The notes under the pieces are model-generated. The model did no database searches. It was not told the origin of the DNA and worked only from the letters and a program-made list of their open reading frames with translations. 64,000 bases of DNA. Origin: Acidimicrobiales bacterium. GTDB taxonomy: Bacteria; Actinomycetota; Acidimicrobiia; Acidimicrobiales; SHLQ01. The stretch covers positions 170,395 through 234,394 of the forward strand of contig JAHDEJ010000001.1 of assembly GCA_020628865.1 (NCBI GenBank), read 5' to 3'. How positions within the stretch are numbered: position 1 is the stretch's first letter; each line of letters opens with the position of its first letter. The position numbers and the translations under genes are program-made. Below, one piece after another: positions 18,141 to 27,396 of the stretch.

Positions 18141-19688
18141 TCAGCGGTCGCGAAGCTCCCGACGGAGGATCTTGCCGCTGGCCGACTTCGGGATCTCGTC
18201 GATGAACTCGAGCAGACGGATCTGCTTGTACGTTGCGACCTCGCCGGCGACGAACTCCTGGATCTCGGTACCGGTCGCCGAGGCGCCGGGCTTGAGCGTG
18301 ATGAATGCCTTCGGGATCTCCCCGGCCTCGTCGTCGGGGATGCCGATCACGGCGGCGTCGGCGACGGCCGGATGGGTGAGCAGCAGACCCTCGAGCTCGG
18401 CGGGCGGCACCTGGAAACCCTTGTACTTGATGAGTTCCTTGATGCGATCGACGATGTAGATATGGCCGTCGCTGTCGAAGTGGGCGACGTCGCCGGTGTG
18501 GAGCCAACCGTCGGCGTCGATTGTCTCGGCGGTCGCTTCGGGGTTGTTGAGGTACCCCTTCATCACCTGCGGGCCGCGGATCCAGAGTTCGCCGTCGGCG
18601 TCGACATCGCAATCGTTTCCTTCGAGATCGACGATGCGGCATTCGGTGTTCGAGACGGTGATGCCCGACGAACCGGAGCGGCCCTGGCCGGGAATCGTGG
18701 CGTGGGAGACCGGTGAGAGCTCGGTCATGCCATAGCCCTGGATCACCGAGCAACCGAGGCGCGCTTCGGCTTCCTCACCGAGCTCACCCGAAAGTGGCGC
18801 TGCGCCGGAGAAGACCACCTTGACGGACGACATGTCGTACTGGTCGACGAGGGGATGCTTGGCGAGGGCAAGGACGATCGGCGGAACGGCAAAGAACCAG
18901 GTGACCTTGTGTTCTTGGACGATGGTGAGCGCCTCTTCGAGATCGAAGCGGGGCATCGTGACGATCGTGACGCCGTTGGCGAGCAGACCGTTCATGAGGA
19001 CCTGCATGCCGTAGATGTGGAAGAACGGAAGAATGGCGAGCGCCACATCGTCGCTGTCGTAGTCGAGGATGTGCTTGCACTGCTCGATGTTCGCGGTCAG
19101 GTTGTCGTGGCTGAGCACCACGCCCTTGCTCCGGCCGGTCGTGCCGGACGAGTAGGGCAGGACCACGGGCACGCCGTCGGTGTCGACGGCAACCTGGTTC
19201 TCGAGGGGTGGCTCGGTGAGCAGATCGAACATCGACGGCACGCCCTCGACCGGATCGATCGTGAAGATCTCTGTCACGTCGGTGCCCTCGGCTGCTTCGC
19301 GGGCAACGTCGAGGAACATCGAGATCGTGACGAGGATGCTGGAGCCGGAGTCCTGCAGCTGATGACGGACCTCGGATGCCGTGTACGTGGGGTTGATGGT
19401 CGTGACGGTGCCACCGGCCCACGCGGCGCCGTGGAAGAACGAGGCGTACTCCGGGATGTTGGGCGCCATCAGGCCGAGGGTCGAGCCCGGCCCGAAACCG
19501 CGCGCCGCCAGACCGCCGGCGATGAGCTTGATGCCGGCAAAGAGCTCCGCATAGGTCTGGGTGCGACCGCTCGGTCCGTCGATGATCGCCGGCTTGTCGG
19601 CCAGCTCGTCAACCATGCGGAAGGTGTACTCCGTGATCGAAATGCCGCTGGGGAGTTCGACGTCAGGCAGGGTTGAAGTGTGGATCAT
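18141..19688 (-). CDS. AMP-dependent acyl-CoA synthetase/ligase (4-coumarate-CoA-ligase-like)
   Basis: LPYSSGTTGRSKGV AMP-binding motif, GYGMTE, and a GKILRR C-terminus. Start ATG 19688 lies 9 nt after GGAGG. Confidence 0.85.
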   Translation of the reverse strand: MIHTSTLPDVELPSGISITEYTFRMVDELADKPAIIDGPSGRTQTYAELFAGIKLIAGGLAARGFGPGSTLGLMAPNIPEYASFFHGAAWAGGTVTTINPTYTASEVRHQLQDSGSSILVTISMFLDVAREAAEGTDVTEIFTIDPVEGVPSMFDLLTEPPLENQVAVDTDGVPVVLPYSSGTTGRSKGVVLSHDNLTANIEQCKHILDYDSDDVALAILPFFHIYGMQVLMNGLLANGVTIVTMPRFDLEEALTIVQEHKVTWFFAVPPIVLALAKHPLVDQYDMSSVKVVFSGAAPLSGELGEEAEARLGCSVIQGYGMTELSPVSHATIPGQGRSGSSGITVSNTECRIVDLEGNDCDVDADGELWIRGPQVMKGYLNNPEATAETIDADGWLHTGDVAHFDSDGHIYIVDRIKELIKYKGFQVPPAELEGLLLTHPAVADAAVIGIPDDEAGEIPKAFITLKPGASATGTEIQEFVAGEVATYKQIRLLEFIDEIPKSASGKILRRELRDR

Positions 19689-19810
19689 CGTGCGCATCCT
19701 CCGGATGGTTCTGGACGGGCCCTCGCCCGACCTCGGCGATCTTAGAGCGATTCGTCCGACGCGACAGGCGCAGCGGAGTCGTCTTGACATCGCCCGAAAG
19801 ATTCGCGAGA

Positions 19811-19844
19811 GTGACCTCAGTCACGGAGACGTGACCGTGGTCAC
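19811..19844. promoter_or_regulatory. pair of GTGAC/GTCAC palindromes (candidate operator) upstream of the acyl-CoA ligase
   Basis: GTGAC-ctca-GTCAC (19811-19824) and GTGACC-gt-GGTCAC (19831-19844), 20 bp apart centre to centre, ~125-175 nt upstream of the ligase start. Confidence 0.4.
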
Positions 19845-20114
19845 ATCGAGTGGTCAACCCCACGAAGTGTGAAAAGCGGAAAGCGGAACCCGTACCAACA
19901 CCACACAGAGCGGAGGAGGAGTGATATGACGCCCACATCCACCAACGCTTCGGTACGCGGTCCCCCGTGACGCCAGCGATTGCCCCACGCAATCACAACC
20001 AGCCACAACACCAAGAACCGTTCGACGCCGAGCCGGTCCCCTCACGTTCTCTCACCAACGGCACTACGCCAATCGGAACGACAGCGAGACGACTCGACAC
20101 TTGAACGGAACTGC

Positions 20115-20144
20115 GAAGCCCCGTCCGCCACCGGACGGGGCTTC
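20115..20144 (-). terminator. strong hairpin terminator after the alpha/beta-hydrolase gene (possibly bidirectional)
   Basis: Perfect 13-bp stem GAAGCCCCGTCCG / CGGACGGGGCTTC with a 4-nt loop, starting 5 nt below the stop at 20149. Confidence 0.6.
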
Positions 20145-20148
20145 GTCG

Positions 20149-21030
20149 TTACTCCGTGGTCTCGGCGGCGAGCCCGGCGATCAAATCGGCGATCTGATCG
20201 GCAAGCGCGTCCGGCAACTCGTGACCCAACCCCTCGATCAGCTCCAGCCCTGCACCCGGGATCGCCGCCGCAAGCTTCAGTCCGTGATCCGGCGGATGCA
20301 CCGGATCGGCGGTGCCGTGCACGACCAACGTCGGGACCCGCACCGACGGAAGCCGATGCCAACGCGGTTCGGCCTCGACCACTGCATGCCCGTGACCGGA
20401 GGCCGCACGCCACCACCCCAGCTCCTCGGTTGCGCGGATCGTGGCTGCCCGGTGGTCGAAGGGGATTCTCGTGCCGGCGAACCACTCCCACTGTTCGACC
20501 GTCCACTGGATTCGTTCCTCGGCGTCGACCGGAGGCGCTCCGAGATGGCGGGCGGCCATCTTCTCCACGAGCCACTCCGCCGGCTCCGGCAGCGTGTCGC
20601 CCTCACCGCCGGTCGTCGACAGCAACGTCAACGAGCGAACGGTGTCGGGATGGTCGAGCGCGAGCAGTTGCGCGACCATGCCGCCCATCGACCGGCCGAC
20701 CACGTGAGCCCGATCGGCGCCGAAGCCGCGAAGCACCTCGACCGCATCCGCCGCCAGATCCTCGAGTGTGAACGGCTGGTCGTCGGTCTCGCTGCGCCCT
20801 GCGTCCCGTGTGTCGAACCGGAGCACGGGTCCAACGGTCTCCACCAAACGAGCGATCAACTGATCCGGCCAACGAGTGGAAGGCGCCTCGGCCTCGCTCA
20901 ACAACAGCACCGGATCCGCGGCTCCGTCTTCACACTCGGATTCGTACCACTCGGCGTGCAGGAGCAACCGCCCGACGGGGCGCAGCCCGGCAACATCGGG
21001 GCGGATCGGTCGAAATGAATCTGTCATCAA
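20149..21030 (-). CDS. alpha/beta-fold hydrolase
   Basis: 293 aa. Nucleophile elbow GRSMGG and a C-terminal GHELP His motif. Confidence 0.8.
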   Translation of the reverse strand: MMTDSFRPIRPDVAGLRPVGRLLLHAEWYESECEDGAADPVLLLSEAEAPSTRWPDQLIARLVETVGPVLRFDTRDAGRSETDDQPFTLEDLAADAVEVLRGFGADRAHVVGRSMGGMVAQLLALDHPDTVRSLTLLSTTGGEGDTLPEPAEWLVEKMAARHLGAPPVDAEERIQWTVEQWEWFAGTRIPFDHRAATIRATEELGWWRAASGHGHAVVEAEPRWHRLPSVRVPTLVVHGTADPVHPPDHGLKLAAAIPGAGLELIEGLGHELPDALADQIADLIAGLAAETTE

Positions 21031-21061
21031 ATCCCTGATCTGTGCAGCCGATAGGTTCTAC

Positions 21062-22000
21062 ATGATGCTGCAACGAATCGGAGCTCAGTTTGCCCGCGGA
21101 TTCGCGATGGGCGCGTCCGATGTCGTCCCGGGCGTGTCCGGCGGAACGATTGCGCTGATCCTCGGGATCTACAACGACCTCATCACCAACATCGGTCTCG
21201 GTTCGAAGGCGCTCGGTCGCCTGTGCCGCGGCGACGTGGGCGGCTTCGTCGACCGGATGAAGTCGGTCGACTGGATGTTCCTTCTCCCGCTGACCGCCGG
21301 CCTCGGCAGCGCCGTACTGATCCTCGCCGGCCTCATCGAGACCGCACTGCACGACCACCCGGAGACCATGGCCGGACTGTTCTTCGGCCTGGTGATCGGC
21401 TCGATCATCGTGGCCAAGGATCTGTTCAAGAACGCAACCGCACTCCACGGCGGGATCGTGCTCGCCGTCGGCGTCGTCATGTTCGTCCTGCTCGGACTCC
21501 AGTCCGGACCGGTGCTCGACCCCTCCCCCATCATGCTCGTCGGCGCCGGCTCGCTGGCCATCTGCGCAATGATCCTGCCGGGAATCTCCGGCTCATTCAT
21601 TCTCCTCATGATCGGCATGTACGCCGCAGTGCTCGGCGCCGTCGACGAACGGGCCATCGCCGACATCGCCTTTGTGGGCATCGGCGCCATCATCGGCCTC
21701 GCGCTCTTCTCGTCGCTGCTCAACCACCTCCTCGACAACCACCACGATCTCGTGATGGCCGTGCTCATCGGGCTCATGTTCGGATCGCTGCGGGTGCTGT
21801 GGCCCTGGCCCCACGGCGTGGGCATCATCGAGCGGGAAGCCAACGAGACCATTCCGGGCACCGGACTCGAGATGCCGAACGGCGCTCCCTGGGTGCTGCC
21901 GATCGTGCTTGCCGTGGTTGCCGCCGTCGCCGTTGTGGCGGTCTCGTCCATGGTCCGACCGGCCGAGCACGCCGACCGGGAACCCGCGACCATCCACTGA
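21062..22000 (+). CDS. DUF368-family polytopic membrane protein (polyprenyl-phosphate transporter-like)
   Basis: Starts MMLQRIG... Carries the GVSGGTIALILGIY motif twice (second copy PGISGSFILLMIGMY), typical of DUF368. Confidence 0.8.
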   Translation: MMLQRIGAQFARGFAMGASDVVPGVSGGTIALILGIYNDLITNIGLGSKALGRLCRGDVGGFVDRMKSVDWMFLLPLTAGLGSAVLILAGLIETALHDHPETMAGLFFGLVIGSIIVAKDLFKNATALHGGIVLAVGVVMFVLLGLQSGPVLDPSPIMLVGAGSLAICAMILPGISGSFILLMIGMYAAVLGAVDERAIADIAFVGIGAIIGLALFSSLLNHLLDNHHDLVMAVLIGLMFGSLRVLWPWPHGVGIIEREANETIPGTGLEMPNGAPWVLPIVLAVVAAVAVVAVSSMVRPAEHADREPATIH

Positions 22001-22039
22001 CCGGCACCCACCGGCCGCGATAGATGCGCCGACCGCGGG

Positions 22040-22825
22040 TCAGCGGACGATTTCGAACCAGCCTGCGCCGCGGTCGTCGATCACCAGCGCACGAGCGTGC
22101 CGTCGGCCACCGCCACCTGCCGGCGCCCAGCCGGCGATGGTGAGGCCGGGATGCACCGTTCCGGTCGGCAGTGTCTGCACGATGGCATCGAGGTCGAGGT
22201 CGAGCGGACCACCGTCGGAGTGCACGAATTCTCCGTCGCGGGCCGCCCAGCCCCGCCAGTTCGCGGCGGACCGCGGCACTCCCCACCAGTGATCCCGAAC
22301 GCCGATTCCTTCGAGCTCCCATCGTTCGTCACCGAGCAGCACCTCGCCGTGCATCCGTCCGACGAGTCGGTACCCGTCGGTTCCCGGCGTCGGCGAGGGA
22401 CCCGGGGTGCCTTCCGTGTCCCAATCGAGCTCGAGACCCACGGCGATGCGATCGCCGTAGGCGCCCGTCCACACATCGGTCGGCGGGTCGACGGCAACGC
22501 CGAACGCCTCCAGGTCCGTGGTCAGATGTTCGAAGGGCCGGAGCACGGTGGTCTCGGTCCAGATCCCCGGACCGCGGAGCTCCATCGAGCCACCGCTGGG
22601 AAGCGGCACGTCGTCGGCGAGGACGGTGACCAACGGCCGCCCCAGTCCGATCAGCGACGCCCAGTACCAGCTGACACCGTCGGCCGGCCGAATCGTCAGC
22701 GTCACGTACCCGCCGATGCCCTCGCCGGGAACGACGAACCAGTTGTCCCAGACCTCGATCCAGTCCGGGTGACCGGTGGACTCGTGGAGGCGTTCGCTCC
22801 CGATCGGGTGTGCTGCGCTCACCAC
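22040..22825 (-). CDS. hypothetical protein
   Basis: ORF 22040..22993 trimmed to GTG 22825/22822, because the longer form would overlap the SCP2 gene start. Coding-like composition. No family recognised. Confidence 0.5.
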   Translation of the reverse strand: MVSAAHPIGSERLHESTGHPDWIEVWDNWFVVPGEGIGGYVTLTIRPADGVSWYWASLIGLGRPLVTVLADDVPLPSGGSMELRGPGIWTETTVLRPFEHLTTDLEAFGVAVDPPTDVWTGAYGDRIAVGLELDWDTEGTPGPSPTPGTDGYRLVGRMHGEVLLGDERWELEGIGVRDHWWGVPRSAANWRGWAARDGEFVHSDGGPLDLDLDAIVQTLPTGTVHPGLTIAGWAPAGGGGRRHARALVIDDRGAGWFEIVR

Positions 22826-22867
22826 CGCAGTCTCGCAGGCCCGGGCCGACTGCGGCAGAATGGGACG

Positions 22868-23215
22868 ATGAACTCGTTCGCCGATCACACAGCTGCGGCG
22901 CTGGAACGCCTCGATCCAACCGTCGATCTCGACGGCGTCGATCTGGTGATCGAGCAACACGTCACGCACGACGATGGCGACGAAGTCTGGCACCTCCGAA
23001 TCACCGATGGCCGGGTGGCTTCCGTGACCGGACCGGCGGAGCGGGCAGACGTGACGCTCCGCCAGGACGCGGCCACAGCGAAGGCGCTTCGCGACGGTTC
23101 AGTGCACGCACAGCACGCCTTTCTCACCGGACGGCTGGTCATCGACGGCGACATCTCGAAGCTGCTGGCTCACGGCGACCTGCTGGCCACGCTGCTCCGG
23201 AGCGGCAGTGCCTGA
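22868..23215 (+). CDS. SCP2 sterol-binding-domain protein
   Basis: 115 aa. The C-terminal FLTGRLVIDGDISKLL motif is typical of SCP2. Overlaps the Fpg/Nei start by 8 nt. Confidence 0.7.
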   Translation: MNSFADHTAAALERLDPTVDLDGVDLVIEQHVTHDDGDEVWHLRITDGRVASVTGPAERADVTLRQDAATAKALRDGSVHAQHAFLTGRLVIDGDISKLLAHGDLLATLLRSGSA

Positions 23216-24050
23216 GATCGGAGAGGTTCGGGCGCACGCCGAGCGACTCGCCGACGAATTCTCCGGCCGCCGGTTGGAGAAGTTCCGTCCGATCAGCTTC
23301 TACGTCCTGAAGACCTTCTCGCCCGACCCGTCCGATGCGGTCGGCCAGACGCTCGTCTCGACCACGACGCGCGGAAAGTACCTGCTGCTGCAGTTCGAAG
23401 AAGTCGGCTTTCTCGTGCACCTCATGCAGGGCGGCCGCCTCAAGCCCGATCCGAAACAGGCGGCGAAGCCCAGAAACGGCCAGGCCCGTTGGAGTTTCGA
23501 CGATGGCTCGGCCCTCCTCCTGACCGAGGCCGGATCGGACAAGCGCGCCGGCGTGTGGGTGCTGGCACCCGGGACCGAACTGCACGAGATCGACGAACTC
23601 GACCACCTCGGCCCCGACGCCGACACCCTCTCGGTCGAGCAGCTGCAGGAGCTGCTGTCGGAACACTCGATGCGACTGCACGGGTTCTTGCGGCGACAGA
23701 CGATTCTCGCTGGCATCGGCCGGCGGCTCGCAAACGACGTGTGTCACGAAGCCGAGCTGTCGCCGTTCGCATCGACCGGGAAGCTCACACCCGAGCAGGT
23801 GGAGCGCCTCCATGCGGCCATCACCACCTGCATCGACCGGAGCCTCGAGTTCGAACGGGCCCAGACCGAGATCGTGGCGTCCGCGAAGCGCCCCTCTGCC
23901 GTGCACAACCGCACCGACGAGCCGTGCCCGCGCTGTGGCGACACGATCCGGGAGGTCGCCTACACCAAGTATCAGGTCAACTATTGCGCCTCGTGTCAGA
24001 CCAACGGGAAGGTGCTGGCCGACAACACGACCAGCAAGTTCCTCAAGTAA
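23208..24050 (+). CDS. Fpg/Nei-family DNA glycosylase / AP lyase
   Basis: N-terminal MPEIGEV (catalytic Pro2/Glu3), H2TH region, and a C-terminal zinc finger CPRCG...CASCQ. Confidence 0.85.
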   Translation: MPEIGEVRAHAERLADEFSGRRLEKFRPISFYVLKTFSPDPSDAVGQTLVSTTTRGKYLLLQFEEVGFLVHLMQGGRLKPDPKQAAKPRNGQARWSFDDGSALLLTEAGSDKRAGVWVLAPGTELHEIDELDHLGPDADTLSVEQLQELLSEHSMRLHGFLRRQTILAGIGRRLANDVCHEAELSPFASTGKLTPEQVERLHAAITTCIDRSLEFERAQTEIVASAKRPSAVHNRTDEPCPRCGDTIREVAYTKYQVNYCASCQTNGKVLADNTTSKFLK

Positions 24051-24065
24051 CGCCCTCGACCCCGC

Positions 24066-25850
24066 TCAGGGGGCGAGTTCCTCGCAGGTCGCCAGCAGCA
24101 CATCGAGCCCGGCACCACCTCGACAGCTGTCGTTCAGGGAGCCGCCGCGGATGACGTCGTCGCCGGCCCGACCGTCGAGCCGATCGTTTCCGCCACCACC
24201 GTCGATTTCGTCGTCGCCGGCGCCGCCGAGCACGCGGTCGCCGCCGCCGTTGCCGGCGAGGTTGTCTCCGCCAACGCCGCCGGAGATTCGATCGCGGCCG
24301 GTTCCACCCTGGATCCAGTCGTTGCCGCCCTGACCGAGAATGATGTCCCGTCCGTCGCCGCCGTAGATCGCGTCGACGCCACCGCCGCCGCAAATGATGT
24401 CGTTGCCACTGAGGCCGTAGATCAGGTCGTTGCCACCCATGCCGTGGATGACGTCGTCACCCGGGGTGCCCTTGATGGTCTCGGATGCATCGGTGCCCAC
24501 GATAGTCGGCACCCGCCCACGGCAGAGTTCGACGTCTGCGGGCACGTCGGCTTCGACGGCGGCAGCGGGAGCTGCAGGTGCGGGCGCAATCGGCTCGTCC
24601 ACCGGGACGGGATCGGCGGGCACCGCAGCGACGGGCAGATCCGGATCGGCGGGCGCGGGTTCTGGATCTTCGGGTTCCGGGGCCGGCACGGCGGGCTCCG
24701 GATCGTCGACGACGGGGTCCGGCTCGGGAGCCGGCGGCTCCGGATCGGGTACCGGCTCAGGCGCAGGCGGCTCGGGCTCGGGTTCCGGCTCGGGAGCTGG
24801 TGGTTCCGGTTCGGGTTCGGGAGCCGGCGGTTCGGGTTCCGGCGTCGGCGGCTCGGGCTGTGGTGGGTTGGCGGTGTCCACGGTGCCACAGTCCACATCG
24901 GTGCGGAGGCCATCGGCCAACGCCCGGACGTTGTACTGATGTACGCCGGCCGACGGCGTCTCGGTCCAACGGAAATCGAGCGCTGAGGTCATCTCGAGGT
25001 ACGTGCCGTTTCGACGAATCGAGATGTCGCCCCGGGTGAAGGTCCACACGAGCTCGACGGAGCCATCAGGCTGCGCGGTCGCATTGCAGGCGCCGGATGG
25101 CGCTGGCACGTTCGTGACCGCCTGACCGTTCCGACAATCGGTTCGGGTGAGACCGACCCAGGGCGAGTTCGCCCCGAGCCAACGGATCGCCCCGTACTGG
25201 CCGTAGTTCTCGCCGCCGGGCACGCGGATGGAGCCGGCGTTGGCCGGACACACGAACAGCAGTTGTTGGCGCAGCTCGGTGATGTCGTTGCCGCTGATGC
25301 GAACCTCGCCGCTGTCCTCGTTGTTGAACGTGACGATTGTGGCGGACTCGTAGCCGCGGTCCTGGAGCAACTGTTCGAGTTCGACCATCCGGCCGCGGGT
25401 GAAGCCGGGAGTGCAGCAACGGCTCTGGTCGTAGACCAGTCCTGCGGTGGAACCCTCCCCCTCGAGCACGGCCGCAAGAAAGTGCGGATTGCGCACGGCC
25501 GCACGCGTCGCCGCGTCGTCGTTGGGCAGGTTGTCCTTCCAGTCCGCCCAGTCGTAGGGCGCCGGCAGGCGGAAGGTGAGCTTGGCCCGATCGATCCAGG
25601 TGGCGCCGTGGGTTGCTGCAAGGTACTCGATGAGGGAGCCGGCGCCGCTGGGGCCGTTGGCGTTCCAGACGCCATCGTCGTAGGCGCCATCCGCCCACAG
25701 ATAGCCGAGGAGACGAGCGGTCTCGTCCTGCGTCGGCCCAGCTTGGGCGTCGACCTGCTCGTTCGCTCCTTGCGCGAGCGCGAGCCATCCGAAGATCACA
25801 CCCAGCAACAGGACCGCCGCTTTGACACCTCTACCCACGCGCACGCGCAT
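24066..25850 (-). CDS. secreted LAGLIDADG-like-domain / Ig-like / PE-rich linker / RTX-repeat protein (paralogue 1)
   Basis: Start ATG 25850 with a GGAGGAGG SD. Signal peptide MRVRVGRGVKAAVLLLGVIFGWLALAQG. Motifs LLGYLWADG and FLAAVLEGEG. ~75-aa Pro/Glu linker. C-terminal GGxGxD nonapeptide repeats. Confidence 0.8.
   Translation of the reverse strand: MRVRVGRGVKAAVLLLGVIFGWLALAQGANEQVDAQAGPTQDETARLLGYLWADGAYDDGVWNANGPSGAGSLIEYLAATHGATWIDRAKLTFRLPAPYDWADWKDNLPNDDAATRAAVRNPHFLAAVLEGEGSTAGLVYDQSRCCTPGFTRGRMVELEQLLQDRGYESATIVTFNNEDSGEVRISGNDITELRQQLLFVCPANAGSIRVPGGENYGQYGAIRWLGANSPWVGLTRTDCRNGQAVTNVPAPSGACNATAQPDGSVELVWTFTRGDISIRRNGTYLEMTSALDFRWTETPSAGVHQYNVRALADGLRTDVDCGTVDTANPPQPEPPTPEPEPPAPEPEPEPPAPEPEPEPEPPAPEPVPDPEPPAPEPDPVVDDPEPAVPAPEPEDPEPAPADPDLPVAAVPADPVPVDEPIAPAPAAPAAAVEADVPADVELCRGRVPTIVGTDASETIKGTPGDDVIHGMGGNDLIYGLSGNDIICGGGGVDAIYGGDGRDIILGQGGNDWIQGGTGRDRISGGVGGDNLAGNGGGDRVLGGAGDDEIDGGGGNDRLDGRAGDDVIRGGSLNDSCRGGAGLDVLLATCEELAP
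24640..24875 (-). repeat. low-complexity Pro/Glu (PEPEPEPPAPE) linker-coding repeat inside paralogue 1
   Basis: Iterated GGCTCGGG/TTCCGG units on the plus strand. They translate on the minus strand to PEPPTPEPEPPAPEPEPEPPAPEPEPEPEPPAPEP... Confidence 0.7.
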
Positions 25851-25953
25851 GCCTCCTCCGACCGCCAGTTCTGAGAATAGCCGCAACCTGCAGCGGAACG
25901 ACAGTCGGCGGCTACTCCAGGTGATGGTCAGATGAACCCAGGAATGGGCGAAT

Positions 25954-27396
25954 TCACCCAATCAGGGTTTCGCACCCGAGCGAGCCACTGTCCGTGCCGG
26001 GACCACCGACGCAGGCATCGCGATCCCGGCCGCCTTCCATGCGATCGTCGCCTGCCCGACCGTAGAGCCGGTCGCGCCCACCCCCGCCCACAAGCAGGTC
26101 GTCCCCGGCGTCGCCGATCAGCCGGTCGTTGCCCGCCTCGCCGATCAGTGTGTCGTTGCCTGCGCTGCCCGTGAGACGGTCGCGGCCGGCGCCTCCACGA
26201 ATTTGATCCCAACCGCGGCCGCCGGTGACGGCGTCTCGGCCGGCTCCCGCCATGACCGTGTCGGAGCCGGTGCCGGCGCAGATCACATCGTCGCCGTCCA
26301 GCGAGTGGATGATGTCGTTCCCGCCGCGTGCGTCGATCACATCCGGGCCGTCGGTGCCCCACAGCCGATCCGCTGCATCGGTTCCGACGATGGTCGGCAC
26401 CCGCCCCCGGCACAGCGCCGGAGGTTGGGTGGTCCGCACGTCGACGGTTCCACAGGGCACAGATCGGCCGGCGCCAGCGGAGCGAACCTGGAGGCGGTGG
26501 GTATGGGTTCCGTCGGACGGTCGTTCGCGCCAGCTTCCGTCCGCCGCCGTCACGACCGCGCGCAGCGCGCCGTCTCGGTAGACGTCGATGCGACCGCGAG
26601 TGAGCGTCCAGCGAAGCACCACCTGCCCGTTGGCTTCGACGGTGGAGGTACAGGTGCCCGTTGGTGCGGTCGCCGGCACCACGGCGCTCCCTTCCACGCA
26701 GTCCGTTCGGACGAGGTCCGCCCAGCGGGTGTCCTCCCCGAACCAGCGAAGCGGACCATGACCATTCCAGTCGGTACCGCCGGGAATTCGGATCGCACCT
26801 GCGTTGGCCGGGCACACGAATCGGTGCTCTGCCCGGAGCTGGGCGAAGTCGCTCTCGTCGATGAAGACCTCGCCGCTGTCCGGGTTCCCGATGGTTCGAA
26901 TCGTCGCCGTGGAATAGCCCCGGTCGAGGAGCAACTGCTGCAGCTCGACCATGCGACCGCGGGTGAAGCCGGCCGTGCAGCAGATGTCCTGGTCGTAGAG
27001 GACACCGCCGACTTCCCCCTCGCCCTCGAGCATGGCGGCCAGGAAGTGCGGGTTGCGCACGGCTGCGCGCGTCGCTGCGTCGTCGTCGGGGAGGCCGTCC
27101 GGCCAGTCGTCCCAATCCCAGGGTCCAGGAAGTCGGAATTGGAGCTCTGTCCGGTCCTCCCACACACCACCGTGCGCCTCCACCAACTCCTCGATCAGGG
27201 AACGTGCGCCGCTCGGCGCAGTCGCATCCCAGATGCCGGCCTGGTGCGATCCGTCTGCCCACAGGTAGCCCAGCAATCGAGCGGTTTGGGCTTCGTCCGG
27301 CCCGTCGGCGGCCGCCGGGGACACGCCAACCATCAGCAGCGCGAGGAGCGCGCCGAGGAAACCCAGCAGCACGCCATCGAATCGGCGGAGGTTCAT
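25954..27396 (-). CDS. secreted LAGLIDADG-like-domain / Ig-like / RTX-repeat protein (paralogue 2)
   Basis: Signal peptide [39 protein letters not shown] (27250-27276) and [10 protein letters not shown] (27016-27045). C-terminal [13 protein letters not shown]... RTX block. ATGA overlap with the paralogue 3 stop. Confidence 0.8.
   Translation of the reverse strand: MNLRRFDGVLLGFLGALLALLMVGVSPAAADGPDEAQTARLLGYLWADGSHQAGIWDATAPSGARSLIEELVEAHGGVWEDRTELQFRLPGPWDWDDWPDGLPDDDAATRAAVRNPHFLAAMLEGEGEVGGVLYDQDICCTAGFTRGRMVELQQLLLDRGYSTATIRTIGNPDSGEVFIDESDFAQLRAEHRFVCPANAGAIRIPGGTDWNGHGPLRWFGEDTRWADLVRTDCVEGSAVVPATAPTGTCTSTVEANGQVVLRWTLTRGRIDVYRDGALRAVVTAADGSWRERPSDGTHTHRLQVRSAGAGRSVPCGTVDVRTTQPPALCRGRVPTIVGTDAADRLWGTDGPDVIDARGGNDIIHSLDGDDVICAGTGSDTVMAGAGRDAVTGGRGWDQIRGGAGRDRLTGSAGNDTLIGEAGNDRLIGDAGDDLLVGGGGRDRLYGRAGDDRMEGGRDRDACVGGPGTDSGSLGCETLIG

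Noticed and set aside
19926-19970. Calling the 14-codon sORF as a CDS
   Set aside because: A strong SD alone is not sufficient, and conservation and expression evidence are not available here. It is reported as a finding instead of a feature.
22826-22993. Longer form of the hypothetical gene (start at 22993)
   Set aside because: It would overlap the SCP2 gene start by more than 120 nt on the opposite strand, and the extra residues look non-coding. The shorter GTG start remains uncertain.
24640-24875. PE-rich repeat as an independent repeat element or PE/PPE-type gene
   Set aside because: It lies in frame inside paralogue 1, between two conserved domains. It is best explained as a low-complexity Pro/Glu linker.
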